Virus record (IMG/VR): IMGVR_UViG_3300042731_005566
DNA: 64,000 bases
DNA from: an uncultured virus (IMG/VR IMGVR_UViG_3300042731_005566)
Lineage: Duplodnaviria; Heunggongvirae; Uroviricota; Caudoviricetes
Direction: 5' to 3' (one strand)
Under the pieces are notes generated by a model that was given only the letters and a program-made list of their open reading frames with translations, did no database searches and was not told the origin of the DNA. This document shows positions 29,518 through 39,253 of the stretch, in pieces. Each line of letters begins with the position of its first letter. The first letter of the stretch is position 1. The translations under genes were made by a program, and so were the position numbers.

Positions 29518-29712
29518 ATGGGCCGTCGCCGAATACCGTTGCACAACATTCCGGTCCGTACGGAGCTGGGCCATAAGATCCGTGAAGCGTTCCGTGAAGC
29601 GTTTTGTGATTCCGCGTTGCTGACGATCGACTATTCAAGCATCGAGCCACGCATCCTAGAGCACCTCGAACGCCAAGGCGTACGGGCAGTGTGGCCAAAA
29701 GAACGCCTGTGA
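29518..29712 (+). CDS. 64-aa mini-ORF with DNA polymerase A palm segment (motif A)
   Basis: LHNIPVRTELGHKIREAF...LLTIDYSSIEPRILEHL matches PolA NLQNIPxR..GxxIRxAF...DYSQIELRILAHL. Confidence 0.7.
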   Translation: MGRRRIPLHNIPVRTELGHKIREAFREAFCDSALLTIDYSSIEPRILEHLERQGVRAVWPKERL

Positions 29713-30000
29713 ACACCTCTGACCATTACTCGAAGGAGGCCATCGGCCTACGTGTGTTCGGCCGCAGCTCGATGTTCGGCGACAACGTTGAGCCTCACTC
29801 CTACCACACCGTTGAGGATTACGTCTACGAGATCCGCGCGGCCGGTGACACAGGCGATATGGACTTCTTGCAGCGAGTCGCGCACTGCCTCATCCGTCGC
29901 GTGAGGGAGCGGTACTACAACAAGGGCATCGAGGACACCAAGAACGACATCCGCAACAAGTTAGGACTCTGACAGTTAGCAGGGCGGAAAGCGAAACACT

Positions 30001-30246
30001 ATGGCAGGACCGACAAACGCCGATCTACGCAAACAGATCACGAGCCTGGCAACTGAGAAAGCCAACCTGATAAGTGAGGTTTCCCGGCTAAACGGAGAGG
30101 TCACCCAACTGAAAAACCAGTTGGAGCACGAACGCAGACTCCACAAAGGTTACTCGCTGCAACACGAAAAACTGTGTCGAGCCTTCGACGGTTCACTCGC
30201 GTTGCTGCACTTCTTCACAACCCCAGATACGGCGCACCCTCGATGA
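30001..30246 (+). CDS. Coiled-coil hypothetical protein
   Basis: Heptad repeat. Confidence 0.55.
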   Translation: MAGPTNADLRKQITSLATEKANLISEVSRLNGEVTQLKNQLEHERRLHKGYSLQHEKLCRAFDGSLALLHFFTTPDTAHPR

Positions 30247-30530
30247 TGAGGCCGAGTAGCATCTCGATGGAGCGCCTGTTTGTGGTTGACCTACCTGTAT
30301 CCGTCGTCTACATCCCGGCTGCTGTGATGACGAAGACGGATGAGGAGGCGTTCGTCGTAATCCTCAAGATGGGTGAGCATACAGTCGGGTCCCTCGTCGC
30401 GAAAAAGACGCGGACGGAGATTCGTCTGCATCGAGAGGTCTTCACAGAAGAGGAGACCGAAAACGGTGATTGATCGAGGAGAAGCACCTCGATGAACCTG
30501 CCCCACAGCTTGTCACAGCCAGGGTGTATC

Positions 30531-31271
30531 ATGCGCGACGTGAGTATAGAAACCGTCACCAACAAGAGTAGTGTTGTCTGGACCGGAGAACTTCGCGGCG
30601 AAGCTCTCAGACTCGTCGAGGACGCAGAAGGTACGACCGTTGTTGAACGGCTGACTGGACACGATGCATTGGGCAACGAGCGATGGGATCCTGTCATGAC
30701 CAAACAGGCGCTCGATGACGTCCGCGCGATTCTGCCCGCAGGGCTGGAGATCGGGGAGCGTCGGGCAGCGCAGCAAAAAAAGCTCCCCTACGGGTTGGTT
30801 GTGCTTCCCAAAGGGCTTACGTTCCGCGACCTGACCCGTGTCAACGAAGCTGGCGAGCGTGCACTTCTCCTCATGTTCCCCGCAGGTTTCAGCGACGAAG
30901 CGGACAACACAGACGCTGTTGAGCACGCGTTGTGTGGTCAGCATGTCAAGCTGATTTTGGAGGGCAACTACGAGCGTGGATCGTTCTACGTGCGTACGGC
31001 TTCCTACTATCCAGCGGAAGCACAACCTGTCGTCGAAGAGCGCGGCTGCGCGATGGTGACTGCGGCGCTGCGCAACTATCTACGGCGCGGCGATCCAGAA
31101 GAACGGTTCGGACTCGCGAACGCAGCGCACAGCGTGACAGCAACGAGACTTTTGGAGCTGCTAGAAAACGGCGACAAGCGCGCGCTCAGCTTCGTCCAGG
31201 ATATGCACAACGCAGCACTGCGTGCTATTCGTCAGCGTACACGCAAGCCGCCCAAGAGCCCGCGGTGGTAG
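30531..31271 (+). CDS. Hypothetical protein
   Basis: Long ORF. Confidence 0.55.
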   Translation: MRDVSIETVTNKSSVVWTGELRGEALRLVEDAEGTTVVERLTGHDALGNERWDPVMTKQALDDVRAILPAGLEIGERRAAQQKKLPYGLVVLPKGLTFRDLTRVNEAGERALLLMFPAGFSDEADNTDAVEHALCGQHVKLILEGNYERGSFYVRTASYYPAEAQPVVEERGCAMVTAALRNYLRRGDPEERFGLANAAHSVTATRLLELLENGDKRALSFVQDMHNAALRAIRQRTRKPPKSPRW

Positions 31272-31658
31272 TCTGTGTCGTCATAATCGCAGCCGCGATT
31301 TTCTGGTACGCACTCATTCTGTGGTGTTGGTCGTATTGGGTCGGCGCGGGTCAGCGTGATGGTCGCGGGCTTACACCGACGAGTTGGTGGGCTGTGTTCA
31401 CGATGCCCTGGTGGACCGGACGTCTGTGGCTCGAAGTCCAGTGGACGTACTTCGTGGAGCGTCAAAGGGCACGACGGCACCTACGCAAGTTGGAGGCAAT
31501 GGAGCGTGACGCGCCGCCCGGCGTACCACCTGAGTTGATGCAGCGGCTACAAAGTGAAATTGATCGGCTACGCTGCCAATTCGATCCCGACTACCAGCGT
31601 GCTCAGTTGGCTACCAGACAATCTGAGCACCGTCAGGCCAATGTAATAGGATTTCGAC

Positions 31659-32282
31659 ATGGACATTCCCGCGATCGACATCGCGAAGATTGAACAAACA
31701 CTCACGGCCGGCCGTCAGGCAGTAATGCTCGAAAGAGCCCGCCACGCAGCTTTCGTACGCGCTAAAGCCGTGTTGGAGCAACTGTTGCGTAGCATTGCAG
31801 GCGCAGCAGGAGGCATCCGTGGAACGTCGGCTACACGTGTCGGAGGTGTTTTGGTGATCTACCCCGACGAGCACAACCAGGACCTGCAAATTGTAGCCAA
31901 TACAGGAGAGTTGAAAGGCTGCGCACAGATGAGTCATTTGCAGGCGGTTTGGCTTGCGCTTCCCATCATACTTGATGAACACATTGCAGCTTGTGAGTTT
32001 GCTTCTGCTGCGGCTGCTGCTCAATGCGACAATGCGAATGCGTTGAGTAACGGTATCGAAGCCGTTAGCGCGCTACTGCAAGTAGCCGCACCGCTGACAC
32101 GCAAGCGCGCCTTGGTCAAGCGCGTATTCGAGGACGCTGAAATGCAGGCCGCACTCGGTGCTGCAATAAGCACGGAAGACCCGCATGCGATTGCGAAACT
32201 GATGCATGATCAGGTGGACGACAGCGGCGACGGCGCTGCCAGCGACTTCGAGCGAGAGACGCAAGAATGCAGTCTCACATAG
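31659..32282 (+). CDS. Hypothetical protein, tandem paralog 1 (shared helical module)
   Basis: GIRG..GG..IY.D..TG...C...L..W.ALP.IL..HIAAC shared with 32291..32938. Confidence 0.65.
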   Translation: MDIPAIDIAKIEQTLTAGRQAVMLERARHAAFVRAKAVLEQLLRSIAGAAGGIRGTSATRVGGVLVIYPDEHNQDLQIVANTGELKGCAQMSHLQAVWLALPIILDEHIAACEFASAAAAAQCDNANALSNGIEAVSALLQVAAPLTRKRALVKRVFEDAEMQAALGAAISTEDPHAIAKLMHDQVDDSGDGAASDFERETQECSLT

Positions 32283-32290
32283 TGGTAGAA

Positions 32291-32938
32291 ATGGCCAGTG
32301 ATAACACTTGGGATTGGGGCGCAGACGAGGGGGCAGGCCACGACTTGGACTTTGATGTGCTCTGCCTTTGCGATGAAGCGTTGGAAGTTTCTCGCAAGGT
32401 GACAAAGCGGGAGCATGAAGTAGAACTAGAATTTCTCCGTGCGAAGGACGCGCTAGAGGTCGTACTCCAAGCGATCGTCAAGTGCTCGAAGGATGGAATT
32501 CGGGGCCACGCCACATGCGACGCGTCTGGGTACGGTGGGAAGACTCGTCTAATCTATGCTACCGACCCCAACGAGAGAGCACATATAGAAGGCCTTACGG
32601 GCGCGGTCCACTGTGGCAATGCGCACGAACTCATCTTGCTCTGGCGCGCTTTGCCCGGAATTCTTGCACGGCATATTGCGGCGTGTAGAGCTGATATCAA
32701 AGCGGCTGAGATGCAGAAAAACGCGCTCGCGAGGATATGGCACGGCAGCCAAACACTCCAAGCATTCGTGCAGGAAGTAATGCCGACGAAGTGGAAGCGC
32801 GCACTCATGCGCCGTGCGCTTACTGACGCTGACTTGCAGGACGCGCTCGCAGCGGCTGCCGCAACCGGTGATCCCAAAGCGTCCACAAAGTTACTCTGTG
32901 AGCAAATCGATCAAGCCGAAGAGGCGAGTAAGGAATGA
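32291..32938 (+). CDS. Hypothetical protein, tandem paralog 2 (shared helical module)
   Basis: See 31659..32282; KRALMRRALTDADLQDALAAA. Confidence 0.65.
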   Translation: MASDNTWDWGADEGAGHDLDFDVLCLCDEALEVSRKVTKREHEVELEFLRAKDALEVVLQAIVKCSKDGIRGHATCDASGYGGKTRLIYATDPNERAHIEGLTGAVHCGNAHELILLWRALPGILARHIAACRADIKAAEMQKNALARIWHGSQTLQAFVQEVMPTKWKRALMRRALTDADLQDALAAAAATGDPKASTKLLCEQIDQAEEASKE

Positions 32939-33132
32939 CCAGAGACTGGCAGGGACTAGGCCGTAAAATTGAACTCCCCGACTACTGTCATCCTATGACT
33001 GGCCGCAGTTCGGGTGGCCGCAACGATTGCGATCATGACTATCCACCAGAATCCAAAGAAGAGCACGCGGAGTACGTCATCTGGAGGTGCTCTCGATGCG
33101 GGATGCGGCGAAGCTACGAGGTATTCGACTGA
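32935..33132 (+). CDS. Small Zn-ribbon-like protein
   Basis: CDHDY...CSRCG. Confidence 0.55.
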   Translation: MTRDWQGLGRKIELPDYCHPMTGRSSGGRNDCDHDYPPESKEEHAEYVIWRCSRCGMRRSYEVFD

Positions 33133-33167
33133 ACATGGGCCCTGTCTTACGGCTCAAGGAGACAACA

Positions 33168-33473
33168 ATGCTTCACGGAATCAAAGCTATCATTACAGTC
33201 GGCGTCATTGCTGTTCTGTTGACTGCCATCGGTTTGGGCACGCGGTACTTCGGGCTTTGGGGTGAGACGCGTATCGAGCGGAAGGTCTTCGAGGAGAGCT
33301 ATCAGCGCTCAGAGGGCTTGAAGGCGCAGATCGCGAATGACGAGGCGGTGCTTGCTGAGATCAACGCCCAGCTCGAAAACCCCGAGCTGGATACGACAAC
33401 CCGCGCCAACCTGGAAGCTCAGGCGCGGGCAACTCGAATTCGCCTTCGCACTGCGAGGGCTCAACAGAACTGA
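33168..33473 (+). CDS. Membrane-anchored coiled-coil protein
   Basis: AAGGAG RBS; N-terminal TM helix followed by ERKVFEESYQRSEG. Confidence 0.65.
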   Translation: MLHGIKAIITVGVIAVLLTAIGLGTRYFGLWGETRIERKVFEESYQRSEGLKAQIANDEAVLAEINAQLENPELDTTTRANLEAQARATRIRLRTARAQQN

Positions 33474-33483
33474 GGAGAAGACG

Positions 33484-34089
33484 ATGAGGATGATGCGACA
33501 GGACTGGATAGCTGCGTTGGCCGTGCTGGTGCTCTTCGGCTGCAAGAGCGATGGCGGTTGTGAGGACGAGGGCGGATGTGGTGATGACACAGCATCGTCT
33601 GAAGACACAAAAGTGGTCGCGCGACAACAGGCGCAGTACGCCAAAGCGCAGCCCATCCCTGTTTTCAACTGGTCGTTGGAACGTCAGCTCGTGATCGAGC
33701 TGTACAAGGTACGCAACCAGAAGGCCAACACTCACTCGGTCTGGCGCTCAGACTACGGTATGGTTGAGGGCGATTGCCCGTCCTACGGTTATGGTATTCC
33801 CTACGACACGAGCTTGACCAATCCGCTGGTTGCCACTGACATCGACGACGAAGGCGAGGAGAATGGTAGTGGCGCACTTACGTCCATCGAACAGCCAGAA
33901 CCCAACGGCATCTTCGCCTCGAAGAACACGGCCGCAACCTGGGTACTCTGCCTCGGTGAGTCTGGCCAGCTCGAACCCGTCTATGTCGAGACCAAGGTTA
34001 CGGTCTACCCGGGACCGGTGGTAGTAGACTACGCAACCAACCGCGTGACCCGGTCTGGTGCCTCCAACGTCTTGATCCCGAAGAGATGA
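33484..34089 (+). CDS. Phage lipoprotein
   Basis: GAGGAG RBS; lipobox VLFGC; QPIP..WSLER, GYGIPY, EPNGIF and ATWVLC motifs. Confidence 0.7.
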   Translation: MRMMRQDWIAALAVLVLFGCKSDGGCEDEGGCGDDTASSEDTKVVARQQAQYAKAQPIPVFNWSLERQLVIELYKVRNQKANTHSVWRSDYGMVEGDCPSYGYGIPYDTSLTNPLVATDIDDEGEENGSGALTSIEQPEPNGIFASKNTAATWVLCLGESGQLEPVYVETKVTVYPGPVVVDYATNRVTRSGASNVLIPKR

Positions 34090-34289
34090 CCAAGAAGCTG
34101 ACAAGCCGCTACTGTTGCTGGGACTGCAACCACAAGTGGCGAGCGCGAAGTACGGATCGCGGTGAACTCTACTGGGAACAGCACGTCGAGAAGTGTCCGA
34201 AGTGCGGTAGCTGCCAGTTCGAGGAGCACTTCCCGGACGGCTGCGTGATGCAGCCCTACGTGCCGAAGAGCCAGCGCGGCGCAGCGTAA
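34086..34289 (+). CDS. Zn-ribbon protein
   Basis: CWDC...CPKCGS. Confidence 0.6.
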   Translation: MTKKLTSRYCCWDCNHKWRARSTDRGELYWEQHVEKCPKCGSCQFEEHFPDGCVMQPYVPKSQRGAA

Positions 34290-34864
34290 TGTCTAACGAG
34301 ACTACAAAGCTGGTGCAGCTCGCTGCTGAGAAGCTTGGCTTCGATCCGTCGATGACACGTCCACGCAAACTTATCGCGGCGTATATCGCTTGGGAAGCCT
34401 TGACGATGACGGCCAACGCGAAATCGCATAGCGCCTTCCGGCCTGGCAGCTGGGCTCGGGATATCCGTGCCGAGGCAAAACGGTTAGCGCGTCGAACTAT
34501 TGCCTACCTAGAAAAGCAAGGCTACTCACCTGAAGCGTTGTACGCGACGCCTGATAGCCTTGATGCGATCTCAGCCGTTGTCATTGCGTTGGGTGCGCAG
34601 CCGAATGACGTGTTGGAACCCCCAAAGTACCTTGCCGACGACGAAACCGTCCCGCTGGTATACCGGGTGACTACACTACCGTGGAAGTGGACTACGCTGA
34701 TCACTATCAATCTGATCCTCAAGGCCGTGCTAACGGTCCGTGCCGATCACCGTACTGTGGTTGCAAACTGGGGCTCCGACTCCATCGACTGGTCGCGCGA
34801 AACCGCTGATGAGCTGGAACAGATAACCACTGCTGAGCTGGCACAGATGGGGCCGGTGCGATGA
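34289..34864 (+). CDS. Hypothetical protein
   Basis: TAATG coupled ORF. Confidence 0.55.
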   Translation: MSNETTKLVQLAAEKLGFDPSMTRPRKLIAAYIAWEALTMTANAKSHSAFRPGSWARDIRAEAKRLARRTIAYLEKQGYSPEALYATPDSLDAISAVVIALGAQPNDVLEPPKYLADDETVPLVYRVTTLPWKWTTLITINLILKAVLTVRADHRTVVANWGSDSIDWSRETADELEQITTAELAQMGPVR

Positions 34865-34937
34865 GCTGATCCCGTGATGACTCGACAACTCCTGTGAGTT
34901 GCCCAGTGACTGCGAAATGGAAAGTTGAAGGAGAGAA

Positions 34938-35195
34938 ATGGCTGAGTATGAGGATGTAGAGATCGTCTGTGCGGATTGCAAGAAGGCCTTCCTGTTCACT
35001 GCTGGCGAACAGCAGTTTTTCGCCGAACGCGGTTTCACACCACCAAAGCGGTGTAAACCATGCCGTGACCAACGCAAGGCACGACGGAACGCAGCACAAC
35101 ACTCAACGGAACGCCCCCAACAACATGCAGCACTCGGCGACTGGCACGACGTGTGGGAAGAGGATCACAAGCCCCGACGGAGGCGTCGTCGATAA
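34938..35195 (+). CDS. Zinc-ribbon domain protein (zf-trcl-like)
   Basis: CADCKKAFLFTAGEQQFFAERGFTPPKRCKPCR; AAGGAG RBS. Confidence 0.85.
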   Translation: MAEYEDVEIVCADCKKAFLFTAGEQQFFAERGFTPPKRCKPCRDQRKARRNAAQHSTERPQQHAALGDWHDVWEEDHKPRRRRRR

Positions 35196-35695
35196 TGCCC
35201 GATTGGATCAGCGAGGAAGGCGTTGAAGCCGCGCCGCACGCGGTACGTGAAGTCATGCGTAAACTCATCGAAGACAGTGGCCCGACACGTCGGCGTCAGA
35301 TCGGCGAGCGCAGAGAGAAGCTGTTCATCGTGGCTCCCGGTTTTTATCCTCCGGTGGAACGAGACAGCAAAGCGGAACTGATTGAGGTTGCGGACAACGC
35401 TGCGCCACTTGTTCGCGTTGATGTCCTCAACTACAGGAACCCATTCACGCGCAGCGATCCGGGTTGGCTACTTATAGGTTGGCGAGAACCGACAGAGGAG
35501 GAGCTAGCTGAGCATTACCAGACAGTGGCCACCAGGATTGCCTACCACCCGGAAGTGGGTACGAAGCAAGCACCGCAGAGAACGTGGCTGCGCCGACTCT
35601 GGTGGCGTATGTGGCTGCGCCAACTTTGGTGGCGTATCCGTCATCCTCACTACAGTGTTCTGCCGGTAGCAAGAATCATTCAAAGGGATCAGTGA
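35195..35695 (+). CDS. Hypothetical protein
   Basis: TAATG coupled ORF. Confidence 0.5.
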   Translation: MPDWISEEGVEAAPHAVREVMRKLIEDSGPTRRRQIGERREKLFIVAPGFYPPVERDSKAELIEVADNAAPLVRVDVLNYRNPFTRSDPGWLLIGWREPTEEELAEHYQTVATRIAYHPEVGTKQAPQRTWLRRLWWRMWLRQLWWRIRHPHYSVLPVARIIQRDQ

Positions 35696-35879
35696 CATGG
35701 TGGAGAAGAACCGCCTCATCACCTTTGGGGTCTGGTTCGTATCGATCCAGGTTGCCCTGGTTAGCGGCTTCCTGTCGGGGGTCGGGGCCTTCCTGGTCTC
35801 GACAGCCGGAGCCTCTCTCCTCCATCGACTGATCAAAGGCAAAGGGCTGTACGAGTAACCTACATAGGGAGTTCATGAC

Positions 35880-36479
35880 ATGAGTGGAGGCAGCTTCGAC
35901 TATCTGTATCGGAAGGAACCGGGTGAGGTACTCGCGTGCTCTTACGGAGTGCGCGAGATGCGCGATGTGTGCATACGCGAAGGACTGCACACGGCAGCAG
36001 AGTTGCTGGCCGCATACGTGACCGTTCTCGACACCTGCCGAATAGAAATTGAGGCATGGCACAAGCGGCTTCAGCCGTTGTTGCAGGCCGTCGAGTGGTG
36101 GCGGTCGGGCGACTGGGGAAGAGAAAGCGTGGAGGAGGCCTTGGTGCAGATGCATGGCTCCCCTGCCGGTGGCGAAAGGGATCAACCAGTCGGTGGCGAA
36201 AGGAATCGGCCAGGTAGCAGAAGCGCACCTGACTGTGGGTTGAACGACGACTGTCGGCGATTGGAAGAGGCAGCTGCCGAAGCCAACGCTTTGGTGCTTT
36301 TTCATGAGAAGCGCATCACGAAGTTGGAAGCAGCTCTCGACGCGATGGCGCACTACTTCTTGCCTGAGGTTCACCGAGGCCCGGACGACGATGGTTGGCT
36401 AGAAGCTGTCGGGCTATTCCTCGCTGTGCGGCCGCAACACGAGCTGAGTGAGGACCTACACTTCTACGTTGATGGCTAA
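35880..36479 (+). CDS. Hypothetical protein (MSGGSFDY-type phage N-terminus)
   Basis: GGGAG RBS; AVEWWRSGDWG motif; internal 24-nt duplication. Confidence 0.55.
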   Translation: MSGGSFDYLYRKEPGEVLACSYGVREMRDVCIREGLHTAAELLAAYVTVLDTCRIEIEAWHKRLQPLLQAVEWWRSGDWGRESVEEALVQMHGSPAGGERDQPVGGERNRPGSRSAPDCGLNDDCRRLEEAAAEANALVLFHEKRITKLEAALDAMAHYFLPEVHRGPDDDGWLEAVGLFLAVRPQHELSEDLHFYVDG

Positions 36480-37380
36480 GTGGCGAACGTGGCGAGGGAG
36501 GTGGCGAGTGGCGTGCCCTGAAGGACCGCCTGAGACGTGGGGCCGCGGAAAACGGCGCTATCCTACGCGTGATGAGAAGCGTGCTCGAACGAAGGCTGCG
36601 TCCAACACATTCCGCCGGAGTTGCCCGTTCTGTGGTAACCGGACGATGGACGCTGACATCGATGACGACACACTCGCACGTATCGTCTGGCGTTGCCCGT
36701 TCGGCTGCGGCCTTGAGTACCCGCTCTGCCACACGTGTTTTCCGCATGTGCACCATCAGCCGCAGGACCAGGAGCTGATACGTTGGGACGCGCTGCATTT
36801 GCATGACGGTTGCTGGAGCGCGACGCATTTATACGACGGTAGTGAGGAGGATGGCGGAGCGACTCATGCAGCGTTGCAGACCAACAAAGATCTGCGTCGC
36901 TACACGGCGTTGTTGGCTGCTGAAGTTTGGCCACAGGACGCGCAGGAGCCTGGCTACGACCTCCATTGTTGGATTCGTGTAGCCGCTCGCGGACAGTTCG
37001 TGCAGGCAGTAGAGTGGCGCCATGCCTTGACCAAAATCGCAGAGCCGGGTAGGCAAAGTGCATTCTCCTGTGCTGTCAGCGCAGCCGCAGTACATGTCCT
37101 CACGCAAGTTAAGATCCACGGTAGGCGTCACACGAATCAAGCAAGCCGCTATGCGACCGCCGTCGAGGCCGCTGCAACAGCCTCTGGCGTGTCCGACGCA
37201 CGCCGGGCGCAGCTGGTGGCCACTGTCCTGACCGACCGGTGGAGCCGCGGAGAACGCGTCTCGCAGGACGTCCGGGACGCAGCCGCGGCCGCGATCTCGA
37301 TAGGCCGGCGCGAGTTCGCGCAAAATCTGGTCGAGATGTGGGTAAATGACCAGCGAAAACGGCGATCTACCGGAGCATAG
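36472..37380 (+). CDS. Hypothetical protein with CxxC motifs
   Basis: CPFC, CPFGC and CHTC. Confidence 0.5.
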   Translation: MAKWRTWRGRWRVACPEGPPETWGRGKRRYPTRDEKRARTKAASNTFRRSCPFCGNRTMDADIDDDTLARIVWRCPFGCGLEYPLCHTCFPHVHHQPQDQELIRWDALHLHDGCWSATHLYDGSEEDGGATHAALQTNKDLRRYTALLAAEVWPQDAQEPGYDLHCWIRVAARGQFVQAVEWRHALTKIAEPGRQSAFSCAVSAAAVHVLTQVKIHGRRHTNQASRYATAVEAAATASGVSDARRAQLVATVLTDRWSRGERVSQDVRDAAAAAISIGRREFAQNLVEMWVNDQRKRRSTGA

Positions 37381-37471
37381 GCGTCAGCACCGGATTTGAG
37401 GCCTGGTGGCTGGGCTCGGGGTCAGATCCAGCCAGATCTGAGCCCTTGAGGCGCCCAGAGCGAGATATGCG

Positions 37472-37530
37472 CTAAGTACTTGATAATATTAAGATATTAT
37501 AGGTAAATTTGCCAGTTGACGATAATACCG
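37472..37530. other. AT-rich putative recombinase core/binding site
   Basis: TAAGTACTTGATAATATTAAGATATTATAGGTAAATTT, very AT-rich against the GC background; ATAAT-8 nt-ATTAT dyad directly upstream of the recombinase. Confidence 0.4.
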
Positions 37531-37553
37531 GTTGTCGGGCAAGCTCTCAGATC

Positions 37554-38612
37554 ATGTCCGAGGGAACCGACCTGATCCCGCGCCCACCCTGGCAAATTAG
37601 GCCCTCAGACGCTGCTCTGAGCCCCGATCTGCAAGACCGCCTAGAGGAGGCACTCCTGGCGTTCCGGCGCACCCTGGACTCCCCAGAGAGCGTACGCGGC
37701 TACCGTGACGACTGGCGCCGCTGGGTGGCTTGGCTCTCCGCCGAAGGGGTCCATCCACTGCACGCGCTGCCCCTGCACGTTCTGCGCTATCTCGTGAGCA
37801 TGCAGGACGCTGGCAGGGCGAAGACGACGCGCTCACGCGCACTGGCCGTGATCCGTTCGACCTACGCCGCGCTGGTAGTTGCGTTCTCGGAGGTGCCTGG
37901 GGTGCTAGACGCAAACCCCGCGCGCGAGGTCCGAAACATCAAAGTGGATCACGAGCCGAAGACGCCCTGGCTCGCAGAAGACGAAATGCGCCGTCTCCTA
38001 ATACGGCCGCCGTCAACCGCGCCGTGGGTAGAACGTCGCGATTGGGTTATCTGCGCCACGCTAGCAGGTACGGGTTGGCGTCGAGCGGAGATCGCACGCC
38101 TTCGTCGTGATGCGCTCCTCGACACCCCTGGTGGCTTCGCTGCGCAAGTGCACGCGAAAGGTGGCAAGGATGCCATCGTGCCACTTCCAGTTTGGTTGTC
38201 GCACGAGCTGGCGGAATGGTGCCAAGCCAATCGTATCGACGCAGGGCCAATATTCCCGCGACGCGAAGGCGCCGACGTGGCCGTTGGCCCCACGACAGTC
38301 AGGAACGCCGTGAAGCGATCAGCGGAACGCGCAGGGCTCGACCTGACACGCGCAACACCTCATGCGATTCGGCGTTCGTTCGCGACGATTACAGGTCAGC
38401 GTGGCGTCTCAATCGAAGATCGTCAGGCGGCGATGCTACATGCCTCAAAGGCGACAACAGAGCGCTACGACAAAGCGAGCAAACTGCCAGCACAAGCACC
38501 CGGCGAAGTGCTTCGCGATCTTGTCGAGCCATCGAATGGCGAAGCAAACGCCGCCGCATCAAATGACACGCAGCCAAAAACTTGGCCGCCGCGTCGAGCT
38601 GATTACGAGTGA
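37554..38612 (+). CDS. Tyrosine recombinase/integrase (XerC/D-like)
   Basis: N-terminal SAM-like domain; catalytic R (TGWRRAEI), K (AKGGK), HxxR (TPHAIRRSFAT), H and Y (MLHASKATTERYD). Confidence 0.9.
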   Translation: MSEGTDLIPRPPWQIRPSDAALSPDLQDRLEEALLAFRRTLDSPESVRGYRDDWRRWVAWLSAEGVHPLHALPLHVLRYLVSMQDAGRAKTTRSRALAVIRSTYAALVVAFSEVPGVLDANPAREVRNIKVDHEPKTPWLAEDEMRRLLIRPPSTAPWVERRDWVICATLAGTGWRRAEIARLRRDALLDTPGGFAAQVHAKGGKDAIVPLPVWLSHELAEWCQANRIDAGPIFPRREGADVAVGPTTVRNAVKRSAERAGLDLTRATPHAIRRSFATITGQRGVSIEDRQAAMLHASKATTERYDKASKLPAQAPGEVLRDLVEPSNGEANAAASNDTQPKTWPPRRADYE

Positions 38613-38860
38613 AATGTATCGTCAGGATAGACGGGTGAGACTTGCTCAACGGCGTCCAGCGCAGCGCGGCGAACCGCTGCCCACGCCGCGGTGTAGCCCT
38701 CTCGCCATCCTGCGTCCTCGCCTGACGCGACGATGCCGAGACCGTGGCGTAGTAGATCGCGGAGCGCAGCAGACAGGGATATGCCGCGGGTCTGCGCATG
38801 CTGTACCAGGTACGTGTGTAGCTCGTCGTCAAGAAGCACGTTGATGTGGTGTGACGCCAT
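38603..38860 (-). CDS. Ribbon-helix-helix regulator, copy 2
   Basis: HINVLLDDELHTYLVQHAQTRGISLSAALRDLLR; WREGYTAA matches WREAYTAA of 9685..9936; TTTACA-17 nt-TAGCAT promoter 6 nt before the ATG on the minus strand. Confidence 0.7.
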   Translation of the reverse strand: MASHHINVLLDDELHTYLVQHAQTRGISLSAALRDLLRHGLGIVASGEDAGWREGYTAAWAAVRRAALDAVEQVSPVYPDDTFHS

Positions 38861-38898
38861 GAAAATATGCTAGCAATGTTCAAGGGTTATGTAAAATT

Positions 38899-38914
38899 GA
38901 TCGCGGATGCGATT
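38899..38914. promoter_or_regulatory. Operator-like palindrome (copy 3) GATCGCGGATGCGATT
   Basis: 14/16 match to copies 1 and 2; lies in the divergent gap next to the RHH promoter. Confidence 0.5.
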
Positions 38915-39001
38915 TTCTTGAAGATTCGGAGGGTGCCAGCGTCCAAGTTGTGGAGGCGCTAAGAGCGCCACTACGGACCCCGAGGGGTCGAATGGGATAG
39001 G

Positions 39002-39253
39002 ATGATGAAGCTCAGCAAGCCGCAAGAGAGATTCCTGTTAGTGCTGGAGGCGTGCTCGACAAGCGTACCTCCGGCGGACGGACAGCGGGACGCTGGGCGG
39101 CGCTGTAGCGCCTGGCACCGGACGGCTGAGAGCCTCCGAGACCGTGGCCTGGTGCACGTACGCCGTAAAGGCAACGGGTACGTGGCTACCCTCACGCCGC
39201 TCGGTCAGCAGTGGCTGAAGAGCCGCTGGAACCGTGCGGAGGATCTCGCATGA
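39002..39253 (+). CDS. Small winged-helix-like protein
   Basis: TAESLRDRGLV...ATLTPLG pattern; follows the hairpin element. Confidence 0.55.
   Translation: MMKLSKPQERFLLVLEACSTSVPPADGQRDAGRRCSAWHRTAESLRDRGLVHVRRKGNGYVATLTPLGQQWLKSRWNRAEDLA

Noticed and set aside
29431..29972. Split or intron-interrupted full DNA polymerase gene
   Set aside because: No motif B/C, exonuclease domain or intron/homing-endonuclease features are recognisable in the flanks
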